64,000 bases of DNA from Malacoraja senta (taxonomy: Eukaryota), in NCBI GenBank assembly GCA_038087875.1, contig CM075979.1, positions 39,432,001-39,496,000 on the forward strand, written 5' to 3'. How positions within the stretch are numbered: the first letter of the stretch is position 1; each line of letters begins with the position of its first letter. The notes beneath the pieces were generated by a model. The model was not told where the DNA came from. It ran no database searches and worked only from the letters and a program-made list of their open reading frames with translations. The translations under genes were made by a program, and so were the position numbers. Of the stretch, positions 12,337-24,589 are shown one piece after another.

Positions 12337-12463
12337 CCAAAGTGGATCCAGCAAATGTTGTTTCCATGGTGTAACTGTGTGCGATCCCCAGCTTCCACAT
12401 CACTATCCGGCCCGTGCCCGCCTTGCTCTTCTGAACCTTGAACTTGCAGCTCTGGTAAGAGAA
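12337..12463 (-). CDS. AGBL2: AGBL2 exon ([42 protein letters not shown]) with the catalytic Glu
   Basis: Acceptor ctgggatcag|, donor TGG|gtgagt; 127 nt, phase 0 to 1; SYTME motif. Confidence 0.95.
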
Positions 12464-13045
12464 CTGATCCCAGTGAGAGCGATTATTCTCCGGGCATTCA
12501 TCTCCCTTATCACACATCTCGCATTAATTCCTCACCTGCACGATGATCCCCGAACCCACAGGGTAAAGCCACCACATTGCCTATCCAGGGGAAGACTGAG
12601 CATGGGGTGACTGACCTTCAGTTGGTTACAGGCGAAGGTCCCAGTGAACCATTAGGGCATTGATTAGAAAGCCTGGTGGTCAGCACCTGGGCGGCAGGGA
12701 TCTCAATGGCAATCTCCATGGGGATCTCAATGGGAGACTCTGTCCTCCACCATCACCTGTGCCTGGGGCACCTTGTAGGGGTCACCAGCAGAAGGTCAAC
12801 TGACCACAGGGAGGTCCCCACTGCAACCACATGGCAGCCCCCTTGCACCCCTTGCTCCTTTCATCCCTTCATCTGCCCTCCTCCCACCCTTCCTAATCCA
12901 ACCTGGTTTCCCAACCCTTGAGCCAAATACCCCTCCCAATGTCAGTCTCCACCTCCTTGTACCCTCCTCCTCTGCCGCGCACACCCCTTCCTCAATGTGC
13001 TCCCCTCAGCGCCCCTACTTCCCCCGGGTTGCCGTTCCAACGTGC

Positions 13046-13208
13046 CTTGTTAGCTGCGTTCTTGCTCATCATCAGGGGGAAGACTCTCTCGCTGAGACGC
13101 TGTGTGGACAGCTGGCCACCACCGCTGCAGCCGTACATGAAGACGTTGCTCTTCCTGCTGTGGCCGTGGAAGTCGCAGTAAATGACCACCTCCCGCTCCT
13201 CTATCAAC
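13046..13208 (-). CDS. AGBL2: AGBL2 exon ([27 protein letters not shown]...[15 protein letters not shown]), probable GC donor
   Basis: Acceptor cgtccctgcag|; DFHGH zinc-ligand motif; 163 nt, phase 2 to 0 if the donor AAG|gcacgt is used. Confidence 0.9.
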
Positions 13209-13902
13209 CTGCAGGGACGATTTGCAGACTCATCACAGCGCGCCCCCTGCCCCCATCCCACCAGCCACTCCCAAACCATCCCACCACGGACACTCCCCAG
13301 CCCTAATCCCAACCATGGCTGCACTCCTCCTTGGTCATCTTCCCTCCATCACAAGTGCTGACCTCTGGGGCTCCCTCCCAACTCAATTCACCTCTGTACA
13401 GGCCAGATATCTTTCCATGTGCTTCTGAATACCTTACTCTGTGATAGCCCACTCTCAATTCTCCTCAGTGTCTGGGGATCTTATGCCTTGATGAGCATTG
13501 ATAATGTTCTTTCTGAGGGTAGGGGGTATGGAACGAGCTACCAGAGGAAGTAGTTGATGCAGATAATATAACAGCATTTAAAATACACTTGGATAGGTAC
13601 ATCAATAGGAAAGGCTTAAAGGGATATGGACCAAAAGGGCTTTGATAGGTCATCGTGTTACGTATGGACAACTGCCTGTTTCCGTGCTGTTTGACTTCAT
13701 GAACACTTTGGGACATTTTCTCACTTTAAAGGTACTATTGTTCTGTCCATCTCCACCCCACCCCAACCCCACACTTCCCACACCCCCTCCACAACCCACT
13801 CCCTGTCTCTACACATCCTCCACCTTTCCTCCCACACCATCCCAACCTCCTTCTAACACCCCCTTCTTTCCCCTGTGCTTCTCTTATCCCATTCTTGTGG
13901 CC

Positions 13903-13957
13903 CTCCTCCTCCTCCTCCTCCTCCTCCTCCTCCTCCTCCTCCTCCTCCTCCTCCTCA
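13903..13957. repeat. (CCT)n microsatellite
   Basis: Long perfect cct run. Confidence 0.95.
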
Positions 13958-13972
13958 TTACTCCTCCTCCTG

Positions 13973-14325
13973 TTCGATGAGGGCAGAGCTGTAGATGTTG
14001 TGTACATGGATTTCAGTAAGGCGTACGACAAGGTTCCCCATGGTAGGCTACTCTGGAACGTTAGATGAACATTGATAGGAATCAGAGGGGTAACTTTTTC
14101 ACACAAATGGTGGTGGGTGTATGGAACAAGCTGCCAGAGGAGGTAGTTGAGGCTGGGACTATTCCATCGTTTAAGAAACAGTTAGACATGTACATGGATA
14201 GAACAGGTTTGGAGGGATATAGACCAAGCACAGGCAAGTGGGACAAGTGTAGCTGGGACATTGTTCGCCGGTGTGGGCAAGTTGGGCCTCAGAGCCTCTT
14301 TCCACACTGTATCACTATGACTCAT
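13973..14325 (+). mobile_element. CR1 fragment with an internal deletion joining RT motif sequence to the 3' end
   Basis: DEGRAVDVVYMDFSKAYDKVPHGRL is followed almost directly by RGNFFTQMVVGVWNKLPEEVV. Confidence 0.8.
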
Positions 14326-14684
14326 GCATTGTGAGTTCCCAGGCTCTTTGTTAAAGGAATGTTATACACCTTGATCATTGTTTGGTCTGGTTTGAGCCGA
14401 AGCAAACAACCGTAGCCTAGATACTCTTGTTTACCCTACGGCATCACACTCTCCTCCTCCCCCTCTCCCCTCCTCCCTCCACATCACACACTCCCCCAGC
14501 AGCCCAAGTTTGGATGTTGAGTTACAAAAACTCTCAACGAGAATGGCGCATATGACGGAGTACATGTGAATTTCATCACAGCATTTGTCATAGACCGATG
14601 AAAGAAATAAAATCCCATGGATCAGTGGGAAGGTGGATTGGGCTGAAACTGGATTGGTGACAGAGAGAATGGGGAATTTAGTGA

Positions 14685-15480
14685 GTAGAAACAAAGAACT
14701 GCAGATGCTGGTTAATAAACAAAATGACACAAAGTGCTGGAGTAACTCAGCAGGTCAGACAGCATTTCCTAACAACATGGATAGGTGATGTTTCGGGTCA
14801 AGACCCTTCTTCAGATTGATTGCGCGGGGTGGGGGGTGGGAGGAAGGGGAGCAAGGAAGCTGGAAAATAGGTAGTGGCAGGAAAAAGCAAGGCAGTTAAT
14901 AGGTCGACACATGTGTGTATATATTTATACAATGGTATATGGACACACTGATCTGTTCTGTATTCGTGCCTACTATGTTCTGGTGTGCTAAAGCAAAGCA
15001 AGAATTTCATTGTCCTATCAGGGACACATGACAATAAACTCTCTTGAACTCTTGAACTCTTGACACAAGCGAGGGCACTTTTTTGACTGGTAGATAGTTA
15101 GAACAAAGGCCAGGAATAAGAACAGTAGATGCGAGACAGGTTTGAAGAGTTGTGGTTTGTGAAGTCAAGGGATGAAACCGAGGGGTTGAAATAGAGAGTC
15201 CAGGTGGAGACCAGGGGAGGTGAAGAGATTGGGAGAGAGGGGTTACCAGAAATTGGAGAACTCAACGGTCATACCGTTGGGTTGCAAGCTGCCCAAGCGG
15301 AAGATGAAGTGCTGTCTCTCCAGTTTGCGTGTGGCCTCACGCTGGCAATGGAGGAGGCCCAGAAGAGAAAGGTCAGTGTGAGAATGGGAAGGTGAGTTAA
15401 AATGGTTAGCAACCGGGAGATCCAGTAGGCCTTGGTGGAGTGAGCGCAAGTGCTCAGCGAAACGGTCGTCAGAAGTTGAT
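14685..15480 (-). mobile_element. Penelope-like element 3' fragment: GIY-YIG endonuclease C-terminus plus a terminal repeat with a hammerhead motif (14784-14816)
   Basis: DRFAEHLRS...PVANHFNSPSHS...RKLERQHFIFRLGSLQPNGM; minus-strand ctgaagaagggtcttgacccgaaacatcacc. Confidence 0.82.
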
Positions 15481-16116
15481 AACTTTTGGTAACATTCATG
15501 AAAATGCCTCAAAACGTTCCAACTGAGAAATCAGAAAGGTATTTCAATTAAATTGCTTAAATAATTGAAGGAAGCCAGTTTACCCAAAAACACAGTTGGC
15601 TTCTCCATTCTTTGAGCGTGCTAATCCTCAATGATATCATGACTTTTGGGCAACAGGAAGTGGCATATAGAACTCAAATTCCCATATGTGATTATTTAGG
15701 AAGGCAGCAAGATAAGAAACAGTTGCAACTGGCAGGATAGCAAATGGAGAAGAATATAGAGATTAATGGGGATACGTGAAGATGGCAGGGCGAGGTTGTT
15801 GAGAAGGAACCAAAGAATACAAGAGCAGGGAGATCATGCCAGAACTGTACAAAAAATAGTGAGACCACAGCTGGAGTATTATGTACAGTTTTTGGTCACC
15901 ATGTACAAAAAGGATGTGATCGTACCAAAGATGGTGCAGAGGAGATTTCAGGGTGTTGTCAGGGCAGTCATAAGAAGAGACTGCCTAGGCTGGGGTTGTT
16001 TGCTTTTGCACAAACCAGACCAATAGATGACTAAGGTGTATAATATTCCTTTAGCAAAGAGCTGGTAACTTTGGGTATACACTGAAGTTAATTGGTGGAA
16101 TTAGTGAGTTAGGAGG

Positions 16117-16615
16117 GCGTGCAGCGGAGGTTTACAAGGTTAATTCCCGGGATGGCGGGACTGTCATATGCTGAGAGAATGGAGCAGCTGGGCTTGTACA
16201 CTCTGGAGTTTAGAAGGATGAGAGGATATCTCATTGAAACATATAAGATTGTTAAGGGCTTGGACACACTAGAGGCAGGAAACATGTTCCCGATGTTGGG
16301 GGAGTCCAGAACCAGGGGCCACAGTTTAAGAATAAGGAGTAAGCCATTTAGAACGGAGACGAGGAAACACTTTTTCTCACAGAGAGTGGCGAGTCTGTGG
16401 AATTCTCTGCCTCAGAGGGTGGTGGAGGCAGGTTCTCTGGATGCTTTCAAGAGAGAGCTAGATAGGGCTCTTAAAAATAGCAGAGTCAGGGGATATGGGG
16501 AGAAGGCAGGAATGGGGTATTGATTGGGGATGATCAGCCATGATCACATTGAATGGCAGTGCTGGCTCAAAAGGCCAAATAGCCTACTCCTGCACCTATT
16601 GTCTATTGTCTATTG
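16117..16615 (+). mobile_element. Young CR1 3' fragment (intact 134-aa ORF2 end) nested in an older CR1
   Basis: ORF 16119-16523 QRRFTRLIPGM...FFSQRVASLWNSLP; (CTATTGT)n tail. Confidence 0.9.
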
Positions 16616-17036
16616 TGTAGGAAAAACATTTTTCCCCCTCAATGAATAGTGTGCTACTCTCTGCCTGAAAGGATGATGGATGAAGAAATCTTGATCACAT
16701 TGAAAAAGTTCCAAGACTCCAAACTACGAGTTGGGAAGTTAGATCAATCTAAGTATCTTTTTGGCCAGAATTCTATATTTATGTGATTTTAGGTACCATC
16801 CTCACCTGCACCCCATGCAATATGAAAACACAAACAAGAAGCAGGAGTTGGCCACTCAAGACTGCACCACAACCAGCGTGTGGTCTCTCCCTGTGCTGTG
16901 CAGGGTCTCTTGTACTGAGACTGGAAAGGGTCACCACTCTGGGCTGAGCATTAATCCCCGGCTAGGCAGCAAGCAAAGGTTTACAATGCAGGCGCTCCAG
17001 GTTGCAGGGAGCAGCACTCGGAGCCAGGGCACCTAC

Positions 17037-17818
17037 CTCTGCACCATGTTCTTGGTGTGCCAGACAGAGGGAAAGCAATCCCGCAGCACGGTGCTGTAGT
17101 TGCGGTTCAGGTCACGACCAGCCAGCGAGCAGCGGTAGTTCCCCACGATCACGCCGTCCGGATTCAGCATCGGCACTACCTTGAAGATGAACATGTCGCG
17201 CAGGAGCTGGGCATCATCGGAGTTGCCCAGGAGGTGGTCTAGGAAGCCCATCATCACCCATGACGCATTGGTCTCCCCCGGGTGGACCCTGGCCGTGACC
17301 ACCACCGCCTGCTTGGCCGGGCGGGGTTCTGGCCTACCACTCGGGGAGGTGATGGTCAGCACGTGAACCAGGTTCCCAGCCAGGCTACGGCACAGCACCC
17401 GCAGCTTGCAGTAATCGGAGCGGATGGGGTCACTAGCGATGGAGTTTAGATAGCGCTGGAGGTCCGAGTAGGTGTAGGGGTAAGAGTGGGCGAAGAAGCA
17501 GGTGTCATTACTGTGTGGGAACTGGCAGGTCCAGGTGAGGGAGAACAGGCTCTTGCCCTCCTGACTCAGGTTGTTCTTGTAATAGCGGATGTCCTTCCCC
17601 ACTCTGTGCCATCCCACCTGCCTCAGCTGGGCCTCTCGCTCCGAGTACAGCAGAGGTTTCAAGCCCAGGTTGTACAGGCTGGTGCGCTTCATCAGGTTGA
17701 TGATGGTGAAGCGGTAGCTGACCCCTGGCTGCATGTTCTGGACCGGAAGTAGTACCACTGGGTGTGCCTGTCTGTGTAGAGGTCAGTGCGCAGAGTGAGC
17801 TCATACTCGTAGCTGTCA
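17037..17818 (-). CDS. AGBL2: AGBL2 large catalytic-domain exon (DSYEYELTLRTDLYTDRHTQWYYFR...ARVHPGE...NPDG...TKNMVQR) with a 1-nt frameshift at 17743-17744
   Basis: Acceptor tctctattacag|, donor GAG|gtaggt. At 782 nt it is 1 nt short of the 3n length needed for phase 2 to 2; it reads TTC CGG -TC CAG AAC ATG where F-R-V-Q-N-M is expected. Confidence 0.93.
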
Positions 17819-18009
17819 CTGTAATAGAGAAACAGAGTAAGAACACTGGAAGTGAACGCTTTGGAAACTGCTTGAGCGGCTGCTGATGGGTTTGGGCGGG
17901 TGACGGTGTTGGGTTTAGGCAGGTAATGACATTTGGTGTATACGGGTGATGGGATTCAGTGTTGGAGGGGTGACAGGTTTGGTGTTGCACAGGAGACGGG
18001 TTGAGTGTT

Positions 18010-19210
18010 GGACAGGACAGGGTTAATTTTTACAAAATTAATTTTAATCAAGTATTTACAAGAATAATATGTCCAATACATAACAATACCAACAAACCCA
18101 CCACCATAGCGCAAAGTAAAACAAATATTCATAAATATCAAATATAGAAGAGATTGGGAACAAGAACTAGCTATAAAAATCTCGAAAGAGTGTTGGGATA
18201 AACACTTGTTATATGTACATAAATGCTCGATTAACGTAAGACACATTCTAATTCAATTTAAAATCTTACATAGATTCTACTCAAAAGCTAAAATAAGTAA
18301 ATTTTACCCAAATGTCTCTTCTATCTGTGATAATTGTCTAACCCAAGAAGCAAATATAGCACATTCTTTTGTTTTTTGTATAAAAATTCAAACATTTTGG
18401 AATGAAATCTTTGAAATTTTCACGAAATTATTAAAAATAAAACTGAAACCGAATGCAGAACTGATCATTTTTGGAACAATCGAAGCCAGTTTGGAGCTGT
18501 CTTCGTTTCAAAGGAGCTTTCTTAATTATGGCTTAATAACGGCAAAAAGACATACTGAAATTTTGGAAAAACGCTCCCACGCCAACGACAAAAATGTGGA
18601 TTTCTAATATGTCGGAACTGTTACACCTAGAAGATATGAGATTCCTCTTAGCAGGTAAACCAGACCATTCCAAAAGATTTGGTCTTCATTTATCGACTTA
18701 TTACAAATATAGGGTGCAACAAAATGTTGATAATAAATGGTTTCAGGACCTGGTGAGGGGTGAGTAAAGATATGAAGTAGGTACATCCCTTTTATCTTGT
18801 CTTATCTTATCTTACTTTTTTTCCTTTTTTCTTTTTCCCTTTTGTTTAACTCTTTCTTGTGGTTTAGGTCCCTATGGGTGTTCCTGGACCACTCTTTCAC
18901 TCACTCACTTACTATCTCTGCTAACTCTCTCTATCCTTTTTCTTATTAAAGTTTAAAATAAGAAGTGGTACAAGAAATGTATAATTTTATGTTTGTTCGA
19001 GATCACTGTACTGTACAATACTTCTAATTAAAAAAATAAAAAAATAAAAAATAAAAAATAAATATCAAATATACTGAAAATGAAACATCTATATTACAGT
19101 CCTTGTCAAGGATGCATTCCATCCCCTGCAGTCCCGGAAATCCCCCAGGGTGCCCGTGGACAGTGCGTGGTCCCTCTGTAAAACCACCAGGGCGCGGACA
19201 GGACACGGTT
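18010..19210 (-). mobile_element. Tx1-like LINE 3' end (15-bp TSD) hosting an L1 insertion
   Basis: TSD ggacaggacagggtt (18010-18024) / ggacaggacacggtt (19196-19210); homologous to the Tx1-like copy at 21206-21505. Confidence 0.7.
18147..19057 (+). mobile_element. 5'-truncated L1-clade LINE with polyA tail and 16-bp TSD
   Basis: QFKILHRFY, CDNC...H...C zinc-knuckle region; TSD ataaatatcaaatata at 18131-18146 and 19058-19073. Confidence 0.92.
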
Positions 19211-20800
19211 GGGTGCTGGGCAGGTGATGGGGATGAGTGTTGGACAGTGGCTACTGGGGTTCTGCTCCATTCACCAGTTTGCTGCTGACCAGGCTTGGCA
19301 GTACAACAACCACTGAAGCAGAAAGTATATCATTATACAGAGGCAAATGCTTGAATCCAGAGCTGTCAGCAGAGACATCTGTGACCTCCAAACGGATCAT
19401 CTCACTAAGGCCGTCCTACATGTTCAAAAGCTCAACATGGAGCCAAGACACAACTGGACAGGTAGCTTGACACCTATGTCCGTGATCTGAAGATGGTTTT
19501 AAATCCCATCATGACAGCTAGGGAATTTAAATTCAGATTTCCTCATAAAGCTGGTCTGAAATGACGATAATGGTGACCGCGAATCTGCCACACCAGTGAT
19601 AAAAGCCCAGCTGGTTCACTGTCATCCAAATGGAGAAGAGCGTTCACGAGCATTCCACTCCATCCTGAGGCAGTTGTGGAAGAAATATAAATGTCAGTGA
19701 AATCCACCCACATAAGCAGATGTGTGGGGTAAGAATAGAAAATAGTTCTATTCCGAGCTCTGTCAATGGAAGGGATTGCAGGGTAGATAAAGGACAACAT
19801 TCAAGCACGTGCTCAAGGCCTCCTTGAACACATTTGACATCCCCTTTGAGTCCAGGGGATCTCTCTCCTTTGACTGCCAGAGGTAAGTGGTATTGAGAGG
19901 CTTGGGTCTGTACATCAAGAGCACAGAAGCCCAGTGCAAATGGTTGAAGTAACACACCACTTCACAAACTGCCCACCTGCCAGTGTCATAATTTGCCCCC
20001 AAAGATCTCAAAAGTCACCTCAGGATTGAAGTGTACACAGGTTATTCCTAACCCACGAGACAAAGACCACAGAAGATAATTATACTGAGGGGAACATTTG
20101 GTACGTGCTATTAGTCTGGATACAGCCTATACCACACATATAGGCTATGACTAATTCAAGACAGGAACGATGGCTGGATTCCATGGGATATGAGGAGTGA
20201 TATACTGTACATACAGGCATTGTTATCCCTGGAACTTAGAAGGTTAAAGGTTGCCCTGATGGCTGATATATGGCAGAAGGCATTTCCATGAGCACTCTGG
20301 TGAGGGAACACTTCAATGTGCAGATGGTGATGAAAATCTGGAATTCCCTTTGGCAAATGACTATCAATACTGATATAAATTATTTACATTGAGCAAAAGT
20401 ATGAGAAATTTGGTGCAGAGATGCAAGCGAGTTGGGCCCGAGTGGCAATATGAATATCTATGGTTCCACGCTTTCTGCTCCTCGGGGAACTCTTGTCCCA
20501 CTCCATCCAAGGTTCCCATGGGGCCTTGTCCGGCTGGGCAGAATCATCCCTTCTTCTTGCTCAGTGCTGCAGAGGGTGGAGAAAGCAACCGGCAGCTGTG
20601 CTGAAAGTGATCAGCAGAGCTTCAAACACTATTCTCCAGGACAGGTTATCCTGGAGGAAGGTTACTTTGGCCTCGAGATCAAACAGGCACAATTAACAAC
20701 AGTGCTGATGTTCATGATTGATGAGAGACAACTAGAAATTTGAGAGCCATCATAGCCTTCACCATCCTAACCACGGACATGAGTGGTTGCATAAACTCAC

Positions 20801-20951
20801 ACTCTGGTGGCTTTCTGTAGATTTCCACTTTCAAACCTTGACTCAAAGATCAAAGTGCTGGCGTGTCTATTGCTTGAACCAATCGTGGCAAGACGCAAAG
20901 GGCCCCGGCGACCTCCAATACGAGAAAACGTGAAGTATGAGCCTTGGTTGG
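20801..20951 (-). CDS. AGBL2: AGBL2 exon (NQGSYFTFSRIGGRRGP...TLIFESRFESGNLQKATRV)
   Basis: Acceptor tgtcttgcag|, donor AGT|gtgagt; 151 nt, phase 1 to 2; FESGNL motif. Not in the ORF track. Confidence 0.95.
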
Positions 20952-21205
20952 CTGCAAGACAACAAGGTGTTCGTCCGTGAGTGAGGTTACAAGCAGTAAA
21001 ACATCAAAATTAGATCCGCATGTCAGCAAAATCAGAAATGTGAAGAAGCAGCTCAAAGGATAGAGAATGGGGGGCTGCTGCTGTAGAGGATATGGAATGG
21101 TGGCCTCAGTCTGCAGTCGATAGGGAGTGGGGACAGCGTGTTGAGAACAGGGAATGGGAGCAGTCTACAGAGAACAGGGAATGGGACAGTCTATAGAGAA
21201 CAGGG

Positions 21206-21505
21206 ATTGCCCGAGCCGGCTGCCTGCCCCTTTTCCGGGGTTACGTCTGCGCCCGGGTGATACTGGAAAGGGACCACGTGCTGTCCACGGGCACCCTGGG
21301 AGATTTCCGGGACCACTGGGCACCGTGGGGGGTGGAATGCCTCCTCAATAAGGATGGTGATATACAGTAGTTGTATAGTAGTTTATTCAGTATTTAGGAA
21401 TATGTGCTTTACTTTGTATTATGGTGGTGGGTTTGTTTGTATCTTTGTACCGTACATATCCTTTTTTGTAAATAATTGATTACAATTATTTTTGGTTAAA
21501 AAAAA
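21206..21505 (+). mobile_element. Tx1-like LINE 3' end inserted in a degenerate ~25-bp minisatellite (about 21060-21600)
   Basis: Encodes CLPLFRGYVCARVILERDHVLSTGTLGDFRDHWAP, resembling Tx1 ORF2 C-termini; A-rich tail; flanks repeat acagtctacagagaacagggaatggg. Confidence 0.7.
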
Positions 21506-22062
21506 GAGGACAGGGTATGGGACAGTCTACAGAAGACAAGGAACAGCAAAAGTCTACAGAGTATTGAGAATGGGGATCCTCAGTCTACAATGGACAAAAG
21601 GGACACTTAAACATAAGAGGGATTCGGAGCACACAACATTAAGAAACAGCAATGGGTTATCCAATTCCAATAACAGGCAAAGGGGACTTTACCCAACAGC
21701 TGGAGATACATTACACTGCAACAGGGTGTGAAAAACAAGAATTGGACACATTCACAGATACCCACAAACATATAGTCTAATGATGAGTTAGAGAGACAGA
21801 ATAATCTGGGTGCTGCAGAATGATTCACAAAAGGCTGGCGTGCAGGTACACAAGTAAGGTTTATAGAAGAGTGAGTGGTGATTTGATTGAAACAAGGGAT
21901 CTTGGCAGGGTGGTTGTGGAGAGGATGTTTCCACCAGTGGGGAAATCTAAAACTAGCAATTATTGTTTAAAAAATAAGGGTTCACGCATTTAAGGCAGTG
22001 TTAGAGCCAGAATGAAGACCACACTACCCAGAGCGACTCCAACACCAAGTGTAGGGGATTAC

Positions 22063-22170
22063 CTGGATCGATGACAAACACTGTGTCCTTTCCTTCATCC
22101 TCCGAGCAGGTGGGCATGTGCTCCTGCTGGTTGGGCTGGTACAGCCTCTCTGGTTCCGGTGGGGTCCATT
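22063..22170 (-). CDS. AGBL2: AGBL2 exon (EWTPPEPERLYQPNQQEHMPTCSEDEGKDTVFVIDP)
   Basis: Acceptor gtactctacag|, donor CAG|gtaatc; 108 nt, phase 1 to 1. Confidence 0.92.
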
Positions 22171-23505
22171 CTGTAGAGTACAAATTGATCATTCCATGAC
22201 ACCTGGCACCATGAACACAAAACAGTCTCTTTGCATTCTTAATGCAGAACAGATTGCTCAACCACAGTCCTCAACTCAAGGCTCTGAACAACCCCCCCCC
22301 CCCCCCCCCCCCCCCACTTCCTCCCCCAGTCTCCACTCTGCCATGTTCCTCCCACTCTGCCCAGTTCACAGGATCATTGTCATAAGGCACTGGAACTCTT
22401 CCGACCCAAAGCATCCATGCCAATCATGCCCATTTCACGTATTTCCCACTCAGCCTCCGCTTCCATGTCATGTACCCCTCCAACCTGCACAACCCTCCCA
22501 TTCACTATCTCCCCTTTCAGTCTAATCTCACTCTCATCTCCCTGTCTCCACCTCATGCCCCTTCCCAGTTCATGCCCCTTCTCATCATGCACACACTCTA
22601 CCCACTCCCTCTCCAAGTCTTCTTTCACTGTTCTTCCACACATTCCGTTATTATCTCTCTGTACCCTCTCCCTCTCATCTCTCTGTCCAATCTTCCCTCT
22701 CTACCCACGTTCCCATTCAGTATCCTCTTCTGTTTAGTGTCCAATCTTTCTTTGCTCTGAGACCAAATACCATCAGGACTGGAGTAACTCAGCTACTTCC
22801 CATCTGAGAGTCATTCCCGCCTTGCTGCTCTGTGGTCAGGCTGATTGTATGCCTTGAGCAGAGCCCCAGATCTCATCATGTCCTTCAGCAGAACCCCTCC
22901 ATCTCTGCTTTTGTCCACCCTTCCTCCCCTCGCCTTCCTCTGCAACTCCCTCATCCATGCCCCATGACTTAAATCTTCCAACATTTGCCCATCCCTTCTA
23001 ACTTCACCTACAACCCTTCCGTGGTAACTCATTGAACCTCCTCTTCCACTAAATATTTGCCACTGAGCCTAGTCTAGCTGGAACTCTCTAACCCAACACC
23101 ACCTCAACTACAACACTCGCACCTTAACAAGTACCCTCCCATATCAATGAGAACCAATCGAAACACCATCTCAAACAGAACCCTCCAATCTAATCTGGTG
23201 TTTAGATTTCGATCTCATACGGAACCTACATGTTTCAATTCTCACCTCAACCTTCCCAGCTATTCCACTTCATCTAGAACCTCCCAACACAATGAATTCC
23301 TGATGTACCTCATCCAGAACCATCCAACACAAATACCACCTTCTTTGGAATGCCCCCACCCTACAGTACCCCAGTTCAGTCTGAGCTCTTTCACCCTAAC
23401 CCACCTAGAATCCATCCATCAACACCTCTCTCCCACTGCCATTGTAACTAGAGCACTTGATCCCAACTACCTTGGGAATGGCATTGGTGAGGCCACACTA
23501 TGGCA

Positions 23506-23720
23506 GCTTGTTTCATATACCTACAACTATGGTTGGCTTTGTCGAGTTGTGCTGAAGGGCTTGTTTCATATACCTACAACTATGGTTGGCTTTGGCGAGT
23601 TGTGCTGAAGGGCTTGTTTCATATACCTACAACTATGGTTGGGCTTTGTCAAGTTGTGCTGAAGGGCTTGTTTCATATACCTACAACTATGGTTGGCTTT
23701 GTCGAGTTGTGCTTGTTTCC
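23506..23720. repeat. 53-bp minisatellite, about 4 near-identical copies
   Basis: Unit gcttgtttcatatacctacaactatggttggctttgtcgagttgtgctgaagg starts at 23506, 23559, 23612 and 23666. Confidence 0.95.
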
Positions 23721-24403
23721 ATGCTGTGTAACTTTATGACTCTACTTCAATCGTAAAAATTGTTCCCAAACAACCTCATTGGGAATCCTTCCATAAAACC
23801 CACATCCATTTATTTCCATACAACTCCTCATTCAAGCATCACCCCATCAAGATTTCTTGCTAAACGACCCTCACCCAAAAATCACTTGCCCATATCCAGA
23901 ATATCTCTAACTTTCCATTCCAGACTCCACCTCAACAAAATGTCTCCAATAAGATCTTCACATCCACAATTGTCATAAACTAAACTGAACTGAACTGATT
24001 GCCACCTCATTTTGATCTTTCCCACCCAAATTCAAACCAGAATTTGACACGCCTCACCTTGATTAGGTTTTCATAAAATATTGCAACCCTCTTTAAAACA
24101 ACTCCTAACCAATTATCAGTACATCGAAAACTCTTTTATCTACATCATGAGGAATGGCTGGGTTGAAAGGATATAATAGCTTTATTGGCAACCGCACACT
24201 TCCCTTGCCCTCAGGGATCAGAGCAACACCTCTCATTCCCACAGAGATCGGAGCAGTATGTTCCCACCCCACCCACACACCTCCCCTCCCACAGAGCTCA
24301 CACTAGACACCTCCCCTCCCTACAGGGCTGGCATTAGTCACCTCTCCTCCCCATAGGATCAGACTACTGATCTCTCCTCCGCACTGGATTCTCCCCTTCT
24401 TAC

Positions 24404-24589
24404 CAATGTGGTGCATCTTCTCCCTGATGACCTCGCACTCTGTGGGCCAGCGGAGAGGGAGAAGGCGGCTCCCAGCTGCCACGGCATAGAGACTGCGTGG
24501 CTCCCGCAGACGTGGGAGGTGCCTCCCAGCAGGGCTGTCAAACACTAGCTGCCGTGTCCTCAACCACTTGTATTCGTTGATGAAGGCAT
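24404..24589 (-). CDS. AGBL2: AGBL2 exon (AFINEYKWLRTRQLVFD...PRLREPRSLY...RWPTECEVIREKMHHI)
   Basis: Acceptor aacctgtccag|, donor TTG|gtaaga; 186 nt, phase 1 to 1; PRLREP and RWPxECEVI motifs. Confidence 0.93.

Noticed and set aside
13735-14106. ORFs with poly-Glu or poly-Leu
   Set aside because: Translations of the (CCT)n microsatellite and an adjacent CR1 fragment.
17033-17758. 241-aa ORF as a stand-alone carboxypeptidase gene
   Set aside because: It is the post-frameshift part of an internal AGBL2 exon, and its listed start is out of frame with the upstream exon sequence.
18010-21520. Target-site specificity of the two Tx1-like copies
   Set aside because: Both flanks contain acaggg on the plus strand, but the elements face opposite ways, so their targets differ in element orientation.
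23506-23720. CRISPR-like regular repeat
   Set aside because: Units are identical end to end with no unique spacers, there are no cas genes, and the context is a vertebrate intron.
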